DNA of 64,000 nucleotides from Chrysomallon squamiferum (lineage: Eukaryota; Animalia; Mollusca), in the NCBI GenBank assembly GCA_012295275.1, contig CM022670.1, positions 19,468,001-19,532,000 of the forward strand, read 5' to 3'. The translations under genes were made by a program, and so were the position numbers. Numbering within the stretch: position 1 is the first letter of the stretch; the number at the start of each line of letters is the position of its first letter. This document shows positions 53,799 to 64,000 of the stretch, piece after piece. The notes beneath the pieces are model-generated. The model saw only the letters and a program-made list of their open reading frames with translations. It searched no databases and had not been told where the DNA came from.

Positions 53799-55404
53799 AT
53801 AAAAAAAAAACACTCGACACACATGTGTATACGACATGGAGAGGATCGGACTGTTATTTTATCTGTTCGTAGTAGGCGTCTTGCTTCTTGAAAGGAAATT
53901 TTTATTTGATTTACTGTAATTTAAACCGTTAAAAGTTATATTATGAAATGTTTTGGGATTATGTGTTTATATTTCTATATCATCTTCATGAAACATAAAC
54001 TGAACCTAGATTCTCATTTAAAATTTCAGAAATGTTTGTGTATATTTAAAGAGTATTTTCGAGTTAATTAATTAAATAGAAACACATATATGTACTGTAT
54101 AAACAAAGATCAACTGAACATATAAGTCATGTTTGATTGAAAGATGATTAGCTAGAAATTCGAATAAATATTTTAATATGTAATGTAACAAAACTTTTAA
54201 TAATTGTGTTTAACTGAATTTAACAGTTGATGTGTAGTTTTAAGGTTGGTAACTAGAAAGTAAAATATTTTCTATTTCCAGGCTGTGGAAGTCTTTAAGC
54301 TGTCGTCTCTCTTTCACAAATCCGTTAATATTTTATTCAGTTTCTATATAAATTATATTTTTCTGCTTCCTACGACTACTATTATTACTTTTTAATTATA
54401 AATAATCATGTTATTTAGCTGTGTAAATAACATGATTATTTATAATTAAAAAGTCAATATTTTTTACTTAGTTTTGTATCTGTATATAATTAAATAATTC
54501 TCTAAATTTCTTATTTACTATGTCAAGGTAGTTTCATACCTGAATATAATTTACTTTCTTAAACTTGAGTTAAATTATGAAACTAAACATTTTCCTCTCT
54601 TCTGTATTACAGGTTTGTGACACATATTGGAAATGTTAACTGTTATTGAAAGTGAATTTATTTAATTTATAAATCTATTTTTAAGTAGAACCCCCCCCCA
54701 AAAAAAACCCACTAAAATAAGACAAAAGCTAATGATTTTAATAAAGCTGTCGCTTTTAGCTTGCGTTTTCTGCAATATTTATTTTCGTCTCATCTTGTAT
54801 ACACATTAATAATAGCAGTCTATAGAAAGTCACAAGTGTAAACAGTCGACTTAAGTTAGCGTTCACGTTACTTCTTAGATGAAGAAGCTGCCAAGCGAGA
54901 AATGAGAAAAATTACACGAACTGACATAAAAGTATACGTCAAATATTTTAACAAATGTATGTTATTGCTTTTACAAATATATATCTAAAATAATGAATAT
55001 ATTTAATTATTATTATTTTTTTTTTTTTAGTATTAATTAAATATTAAAGGACTCCTATATAATGATATACTTTCAGTTAAATTCCGAACGCACTTCCCTT
55101 TGTTACCGATCCTCTATATTTATACAGTTAGCTTAAATACATAAAGATTTTGTTTTGGTTTTGAAAGATTACTAAGTAGATCAAATGTGAAATTTTTCAT
55201 GAAAATTCAATTTTTATAAACAAATAGAGAAAACTGTTTCATATTAATGCAATAACATTTGAACAAATAATATTGTTTACAATTCACCAGATACGATTTT
55301 ATAAATTCATCAGCAACTTTCATTCTAGCTTATATTGGAATTTTGTTTTTCTTAACGACTTATGTTATTCGACAAATACAAAAAGTAATAAATGTATATT
55401 TTAA

Positions 55405-55435
<31 letters not shown>

Positions 55436-58400
55436 TGTCATACTCCCATGGCATTTAATTGTTATATAGACAAATGAGATGTAAAACTGGCAACATCTGT
55501 AATATTAATCGTGAGGAGACAGCCTATATTTATAATGATAAAATTGTGCTACAGTTTATTTAAAGATAGTGCTCAAAGTTCATACGATTAATTACACAGT
55601 AATTTTATATTTTTATACTGAGTAACTGCGAAACAATAAACTATCAACATTTGCTAAATATCTTTTTATATTATAGGCCAATACTGATATGACTAAACTG
55701 TGTGTACGCACAGCTTTTAATAATTTATTTGATATGATTTGAATGTTTTTATCTCACCTAATTCAAATGCAGAAGCTTAAAAAGATAATTTTTTTTTTTA
55801 AACTATCGTTTCAGAGAACTATTGCATGAATATTAATGTAAATAGCACTTTTCAAAAAAAAATGCTTTTAAAATAATTGATCAATATCTATCACTTATTT
55901 ATCACTTAAATTATTTAGATTTCTGTCTCGGCAAATTAATTCAGCGTATAAATATTTCACATTAAAGCATGTGAATATCCCGCCCAGAAACTGTGGAACG
56001 GCCGATATCCAACAAAATAAAATAAACGATGTGCTCAGTTTAAGAAGAAATATTTCAGTTTATCATAAAATACAAGTTTAATAAGACAATATGTAGAGGA
56101 TGAAAGTTTAATTAGACATTTAATGATCATTTCAGTCAGTTCTCGCATACGTTTGCAATAGTTACCATTTAGATAATGACTTATTTGTAAATTATATAAC
56201 CAAATTACATAGGTATGACTACTGATACGTTATTCTGGATTAAGTTACTATCTTAATACGACGCAGATTCTGTTTTACAGGTTTAATCAAAAACAAAATA
56301 ATTCTTAAACGTTTAAGCAATTAATATATAACCAGTGCAATAACAGACGTATAATATAAAATTAGGTTTCATATATTCTAGTTAATACATATTAAATGTT
56401 AAGTACTAAATAATTATACATTCCTTTTGTTTTACTTCTTGCAAACTGTTTCTTTTTTCTTATGAAATAAATTTGATACACGGATTTATTTTCGCAGGGA
56501 ACGCAGCTTTGAAGAAAACTGCTTACATGACTGGTTTTATAAGGACTGGTTACGCTGTGGATGGAAACAGGGCTCAGTCATACTATTCTGCTTGTATAGA
56601 GACATCTATGAATCAGCAGTTTAGCTGGTGGGAAGTCGACCTGGGTACAAACTATTTTATTCATGAAGTAAGAATTTACTTCAGATCGGACTGTAAGTTT
56701 AAAATAACTTTTTATATTTTTGTTATCTGATTAAAGGAGTAAATATGTATGATATCTTACAGAGACATAATACATAATACAGAAATATATATATATATAT
56801 ATATTTCTGTATTATGTATTATGTTTCTCATATAGTTATTTCTAAAATAACATAGGATATATTTGAGAAGATATGGTATCAGCATTTTAATAATTATTAT
56901 GGTTCAGCCATTTGCCAAACAGATGAATAGTTCATTATGATAATATTTTCGGAATTAATCTCAGAAGTATATTAGCAGATACATCATTATTAACATTTTA
57001 TTTGCACATTGTAATATGCCAAACTGACTGGAGGAAAAAGAAAATGGGGGAAAAATTAAAAAGTAAAAACAAAAACTAAAAAAAGGAAAAAAGAAAACCG
57101 AAACAGATAATTATTTCCTTTTTTTTTCAGGTAAAATACAGCAGCTGTCTGCTTGAAATAATTAATTTTATGATTACAATATCACACGTATTATTTGTAA
57201 AAAATAGCATTTCTCTATAGTCACAAATGTTTTGGGCCAAAACTTCATACGAGTTTTAGAAAAACTCTTTTTTTATTAATATTTTATTTATTTATTTATT
57301 TTTTAATATTTTTTAATTATTTGAAGAAATTGATTGTAAATTATGTGAAGCTAAGCATGTAACCCTATAAAGAATAATACATAACTCGCTGTTTAGAAGG
57401 CTCACAATACAAAACACATATAATAAATTATAAAATAAAATTTGACCATCATTTTGTAAACATTATTTTCGCTTATACATAACGAGGGACATTTTTAATT
57501 TATTTATTTATTTACTGCAGCACTTCCAGTAGTTAACCTTATTTTAAAGAGCGAAATAGAATAAAAAAACAACAACAAAAACAAACACTGTGTTTCTTTC
57601 ATTCCACTAACATGACGTATTATGCAATATATTTCTAGTGATGATTTTTCTTTAATTAGAAAGAAAACAGATATACGTGCCTTCGAAATTCGTAATAACA
57701 GCTAAGTGTGAAATAAGGTTAATAGCGCATTTTATCAGATAAAAAATAATAATACAGTTTAATGCAATGACCGATGTAAGCTATATAATTTAATATTTTG
57801 TTGTTGTTGTAGGGAAATGGAGGCGAAATGGAGTTCAGGTTTATACTTCTGAGTCACCACGTCACATAAACCAAGGACAACAGTGTGGAGAACAAATCAC
57901 AGGTTACATGAACGGATCTAACATTGACGACATAGTAAACAGAACATGTGATAGTGTGGGAAGATACGTGACACTTTATGAAGATACGCTGAACAAAGAC
58001 TCATGTTATCTGTGTGATGGAGGCCGAGGAATGGATTTCTGTGAAATTGAAGTCTATGGTAATTAGTTAATTAATGAAACAAATTTAAACTTTAGTATGT
58101 CTGAAAAAACAACAACAGTGATATAGATTTTCTTGAAGTATAAAGGATATAATAACTAATGTCTAGAAATGTTACAAATATAATTATGAAATATCTTCTG
58201 CTTTTCACATTTGAATATCAGTGGAAATATAATTTCAGTTTTACAGGCACATAGAGTATACAGTCAAACAAACAAACAAATAAATAAATGAATGAATGAG
58301 TAAAAGTAAAATCCATATGGATAGAAACGAACAATACAATACAATACATCATCACGTTCTAGTTCTATTCTAAAAAAATTAAAACATAATAATAATAATA

Positions 58401-58665
58401 ATAATAATAATAATCATAATAATCATAATAACAGATATATCTGGAATCATAATGGTTACTTATTTTATAAAAATATCTTACTTTCTGATAGCAGAAATAC
58501 ATATATGATAGACTGTCAAAGAAATGGTCAGAATGATAGGAAGAAATGTCAACATTATCTACAGATGCAATTCTCATAATGCTATTTAGTACAGAAATAT
58601 TAATAATAATAATAGCAACAATAGTAATAATAATAATAATGATAATAATAATAATAGCAACTTAC

Positions 58666-58700
<35 letters not shown>

Positions 58701-61700
58701 ATTTTGTGATATATTTAAATATTTGTTATCAGCGTGTGAAGTGAATGTCAAATATGGTTCTAACTGTGACAAGTTTTGTGAAGATCGTCTCTGTTCAGTT
58801 AAAAACTCATCTTGTGACGTACAGACAGGTGTCTGTGATACTGCTGTGTGTGATCCAGGCTGGATGGGACCTGACTGCGTAACAGGTAATATTTTTATTT
58901 GTATACTCTTATGTTGTTGATATGTTTGTGGAAGCAGGGTGATACATTTTTTTGTAAATTTGAGAAAACAGTCTACTAAAACACTCTTCTGTATCATGAA
59001 AAACAAAAGCAATAAAGAATCCAAAATTCCGAATATTTTGTATGTTACAAACAGAATAACTGTTATTACAATAATAACAATAATTACTAGCGTCACCAGA
59101 ACTGCTTTTACTACTACTTCTACTTCCATGAGCGTCAGCATGACCAACCATTACCACTACTGCTGATACCACTGATACATTACAAACAAAAACAACCACT
59201 CCTTCAAACCAGCAACAGTTTCAATCAATACCATGGTTACTGTTACTAGTATCGCAACAACTACTACAACTACTAATACAAGTAGTGCTCCTCTCATTAC
59301 TTCTGTTATTAAAGATTGTGAAGACGGTGTAAAGTACGGTCCAAACTGCAAGAAGTTGTGTTCAAATCGTAAATGTAAATCTACAAAATCTTCTTGTGAC
59401 AAAGCGACTGGAAAATGTGATGGAGGTTGTGAGAAAGGATGGGAACACGATGACTGTACAAGAGGTAAAAGCTTTATTTTTTATGCGTCAACATTTAATG
59501 ACATAGTGAGGGGTAAAATATGTAGTTGATTCATTAGCAAACAGGAGAAATTTCTTGCTTTCTTTTATCACTGCCTGTCAGTGATAAATATGGATGAATA
59601 TATTAATAATGACAGGTGATAACATATCAAAATTTTCTAATTGATTGTATTATAAAAACTATTAAAATTTAATGAGTATTTTATAAAAGTAATAAAGTTT
59701 GTTAGATGGCATGTAGGTACCATTCTTATATATTCGAGCAGAGTAAACCGAAATAATTCTAGTATCTAGTAAAGGACACGTGTGATAAGAACGCTGTTTG
59801 TAACAATACACAAGGATCATTTAATTGTACGTGTAAAAATGGATTTACAGGAGATGGAAAAACGTGTACAGGTAAATCATCACTTTTGTATTTATTTTAA
59901 CTTTTTTCTTTTTGAAATGAAAATGTCATACAGAGACAAATGGCACAAATACAAATCATTAGTAATAAATAAAAGAATATATTTATTTTTTTCAAATATT
60001 TTAGATGAACGTGGCCTTTTGATTTTATTCAGAATATATTGTTAAAATGATAAAGAAAAACATATTATGAACGATATTTATTTTGAATTTTGTAGATGTA
60101 AAATTTTGATTGTCTTATGTATTTATCTGAAAAGTAGCTTTTAGATTTTAAGTTTATTACTGATGTGTGTGAAATATAAATTATTTGTAATTCATTTAAT
60201 TTATTATTTTCCCCAGATGTGGATGAATGTCTTAAATCAGATGTATGTGGTGCTAACGCTAATTGTACCAATACTTACGGATCATATACATGCACTTGTC
60301 TGAGTGGATATTCTGGAAACGGCCACAGTTGTACAGGTATTTAAATTGATTTGTTTTTAATCAAATGACTTAAATAGGTATCAGTACAGTATATACTAAA
60401 TGAGAATTTAAAATAAGCAGTGTATTATTATTAAGATGTATTTTTTGTTCGTTGATTCTTACACGAAAATACTTTTATTATCATTTTAAAAATGTTTAAT
60501 TACAATAATTGTATACTCTAATTTGTTCTCTTGTTATTACTGTTGAACTTGATTATTGTTCTCGTTTTTGTTATTGTTATTTTATTTTATTTTTGTTTTT
60601 TTTGTGTGAAGTTGTGTTTTATAAAACATTGAATTAAATACAACACATTAATATATGAAACGTATCAGAATTGATTAGTGCATTTTAAACATAGGTACTC
60701 AAAAGTAATTTTCTCTTGGGATATTAGAATTAGAGATTTCTTTATCGTGATTTCAGTGATAAATATTCAAAAAGGTTTCAAAGTATTGAACTTTTTAATA
60801 TTAATTTTTTGGGGGCCGTTTGGACACAAATGTCATTTTGAAGAAATCTCGATTTTTTAAGGGCCCATTCTGAAGCGAGATTATATCTGGCAAAGCTTGT
60901 TACATAAATTGTTATACTAACACGTTTTTTCTAACACGTTGCAGAGTGGATTTTATGAAGCAAATGTCAAACCAAAGAGGTAACTGAATAAGGAAATTTG
61001 TACTGAGTGACCTATGTTTTATGTATTGAACTAAGTTCCATGCATAACCAACTTTTTTTCTCACTAACACTAATTAAACACTTTTATTCCATCCTCAGTT
61101 CCAATATTATTTCATATTATTATATGTCTATGGGTGTTTGTGTGTAATACATGATATATACATGTACAGACAAACACACACACAGACATATATACAAATA
61201 TATATGTCTGTGTGTGTGTGTTTGTGTATAATACACACATGTATACATGCTGCACTGTTGGTTATAGAAGATTTCAGTATTTGCTTACACCTGTACTTGA
61301 AGGTGATCACAGAAAACCACAAGTTGCTTATTTATTGATGTCATTTTTTGTTTTCAGAGGAAGCCGATTCTTCACAGAGAGCTGCGATTGCTGGAAGTAC
61401 AGTAGCCATTATACTGATTATCTGTGTGATTGTAATAGTCGTAGTTATAGTCATGAGGTAATCATTTGATAATCATTGTGCTAGTAAAAGATGAGTTACA
61501 TGTTTGAGATAATGATGCGTAACTCTCTTCGAAACTCGTAATAACCCCTCGTGAATATAGATGGCAAAGTTCATTAGATACGTGCTTGCCTTTCAGCTGT
61601 TCTGAATGTATATAAATAATCTGCATTGTAAATTATAATGCCATTCTATACAAATTTATTTAATTTATTTACTGATATAGTGAATGAATCATATTTTCAA

Positions 61701-62410
61701 AAAATAACTTTTTGGCTGATTTTATGTTTTTAATGCCCAAATTTCTTTCTTCTGATATTTTTAATATGGATAGTTAGACTGTTTAGGATGATCCCTTAAC
61801 AAAAGGTGTTAGGCCACTTTTTCTTATAATTGCCAATTCAAAAAGTTAATATTAATACGAAATATTTTACTTGGAAAGATGATTCACTCAAGCAGAATTT
61901 GTTACGATGCTTTCTTTTAACATTAGAACATATATGCATACAGACATATATATGTACTCATAATACATGATATAAAATAATACAGAAATCATATCAAAAT
62001 CCAAGATATATTTGTTATTTAAATTTAAGAAGCTCACCTTTGAGATGATGAAAAATACTGGAAACTTGTTCTGTGTTGACATTTTTAAACTGTAAATATT
62101 CTATTTTTGAAGGAGACGACGAATGACAAAACGTGATACTGAAACATTTTTAGACGTGAACACACTAAATAGCCATACATCATCACCGAGATCTAAAAAT
62201 GTTAACAGTAAGTAATCAACAGTTCATTATAGATACTTTCTCTTTCGTGTGGTATGTGAGAGTGAGTCCGTGACTCTGCGATCGTTTGTAAAATGCTGTG
62301 ACCAACATTTTCTACCTTGTGCCGTATTAACCGTTTTCGAAAGGTTTAAAGCGAACAATTTCGTGAAGACGTTCACACTTTTCACAAGATTACCGTGTGT
62401 GTGTGTATGC

Positions 62411-62441
<31 letters not shown>

Positions 62442-63857
62442 ACATTATTTGATTAAGACTGAATAAAAATTAAAACACAACAGATAACACCCCACACCCG
62501 AAAATAAAACTAATACACTACAATCACTACAAAAAACCACAATACCAACAAATGAAACAAAAACCTGTATACAGTAAAAAAGACAACAAACTTGTATTTA
62601 TGTGTTCGTATTGCATATATACATTCATACATACATATTTTAATATATACATATATAAAAACACGTATACACACATTCAAACACCCATTCATTTTTCACA
62701 CCCACAACACACACATACTCATACAAAATCTCCAACACCCATACAGACATTCATAATTACATGTACATTCATACATACACATGGATACAAACATATGTAC
62801 AAACATACACATACACACACACGTACATGCAAACATATATACACATACATATACATACATACAGGCAAACAGTGAGACTGATTGTTAAATAGAGAAATGT
62901 TATTTTGTTTAATAAAGAGGCAGACAACATCTATGAGAATGTTGGTAACCAACAGCAGCATTCATCAAATAGAAGTGAAATTTCCAAACAAGAAAAAGCC
63001 AATGTTAAATCTGCTGGGAAAACTGAGAGTAACACAGCTCAGGAAGAAGTGGATGAAGAAGAAAAGTGTGAAGAGACTGCAGACTCTGTATACTGCAATG
63101 TTACTGAGTTCAGTCTGCCAGATGGTGGTGTACCAGTTTCTGAGCTAAGTCTTATCATGAACAAGATCAGAAACCAGACTGGTGGATTTGCTACAGAATT
63201 CCAGGTTTGTGTTAAAATAGAATGATTAAAAGAATGATTAGCAACATTTTAAAATATTTATTTGTTAGCAGTTATGTCTTGTATGATGAAAATACAAGAG
63301 AGGAAATCTACTGAAAATACTTCATTTATGTTTCACTTATAAATAGCAAGAGTTACATACATATATATATGTAACTGTTGCTACCTTTGTTAAGGTATAA
63401 AAGTCTGTTGGGATGGTCAGATAATCTGTCATGTACCACCACACTTTAGATGCATCATCTGATAAAAGAACTACAGTGTGAAACTGAAAATATTCATTAC
63501 AGCAATTACTTTCTGGTACCACTGTTGGAGAAATTCTTGCATTTCGATTTAAGCTCAGATCATATTGAATAACTAACTCTAATCACATTAATTTTCAATG
63601 CTTATTAAAAAAGATAACTTTTCTACAATTATTGCTATTTTAAGACTGATTAGTAATCTTTATAACATATTCTTATTGATGTCTTATAAAGATGCTGTTA
63701 ATGATCATCTGTTATGTTCTTTTACTGTTTTTTTAATAATTGTTTTTATTATTTTATTAATGTAAACAGAAGTTGCAGAAAGACTTTGTGTTTTCTTACA
63801 ATGAATCACAGATTGCAGAAAACAGATCTAAAAATAGATTTGCATCCTATTATCCAT
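50713..63857 (+). CDS. Receptor B: F-type lectin + EGF + TM receptor-type protein tyrosine phosphatase (3' end beyond window)
   Basis: Exons: 50713-50794 (signal peptide), 56498-56692 and 57813-58058 (F-type lectin), 58733-58885, 59315-59464, damaged exon ending 59871, 60217-60336 (cbEGF), 61358-61457 ([26 protein letters not shown]), 62113-62207 (RRRR stop-transfer), 62918-63204 (IYENV, VYCNV, GFATEFQ), 63770-63857 ([15 protein letters not shown]). F..EF..L followed by NxxKNR(Y/F)xxxxPY is the start of a classical PTP domain; the catalytic motif is not in the window. Confidence 0.82.
50894..53681 (+). repeat. Segmental duplication block X, copy 2 (inside receptor B intron 1)
   Basis: Colinear with 45797-48955, with several indels. 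Confidence 0.9.
53836..53919 (+). pseudogene. Extra signal-peptide exon lacking its splice donor
   Basis: [27 protein letters not shown]; the AGCTGAATT(C/T)G|GTGAGT end present at 33009-33025 and 50784-50800 is missing. Confidence 0.75.
53960..60510 (+). repeat. Duplicate of receptor A intron 1 through the EGF exons (about 33095-40100)
   Basis: Introns as well as exons align by eye (e.g. 35770-36650 vs 55900-56760; 38531-38826 vs 59465-59760). Confidence 0.9.
54387..54454. repeat. Perfect 31-bp inverted repeat with 6-nt loop
   Basis: ACTTTTTAATTATAAATAATCATGTTATTTA-gctgtg-TAAATAACATGATTATTTATAATTAAAAAGT. Confidence 0.9.
63770..63857 (+). CDS. First exon of the PTP domain of receptor B
   Basis: [29 protein letters not shown], 88 nt, CAG acceptor and GTAAGT donor, ending in phase 1 where the PYD motif is expected. 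Confidence 0.78.
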
Positions 63858-64000
63858 GTAAGTAAAACAAACAAATAAAATTAATCTACTTCTCACATTG
63901 ATATTAATTTCATGAAATAATGCTATATCTAATTAACAAGAAACTAATAAAGGTAATCCATTGTAAATTTATGTTGTGCTGTTTGATATTGGAATAAACC

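Noticed and set aside
60800-60900. GGGGCC/GGGCCC patch as a MITE
   Set aside because: No pair of terminal inverted repeats or target-site duplication found.

Overview
AT-rich, microsatellite-dense, intron-rich animal genomic DNA; gene content suggests a lophotrochozoan, probably a mollusc (inference). Four multi-exon genes can be assembled by hand from GT-AG boundaries with consistent phases. (1) A minus-strand anion-selective Cys-loop channel, GlyR/GluCl-like (2831-15018, 8 exons, about 415 aa), with a decayed LINE in one intron. (2) Minus-strand EXD1, the piRNA-pathway pseudo-exonuclease (23738-31480, 12 exons), with an apparent 1-nt frameshift in exon 3 and a long GRG-motif tail. (3,4) Two tandem plus-strand type-I receptors that share a recently duplicated ectodomain (F-type lectin domain plus EGF repeats) but have unrelated membrane and cytoplasmic halves. 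Copy A (32938-44402) ends in a short tail with an ITAM-like YEKL-x10-YEKL. Copy B (50713 to beyond the window end) runs into the start of a protein tyrosine phosphatase domain. The pair looks like a paired activating/phosphatase glycan-receptor system, with substitutions clustered in lectin loops and EGF exons being gained and lost. Gene models, coordinates and counts are manual and need transcript confirmation.
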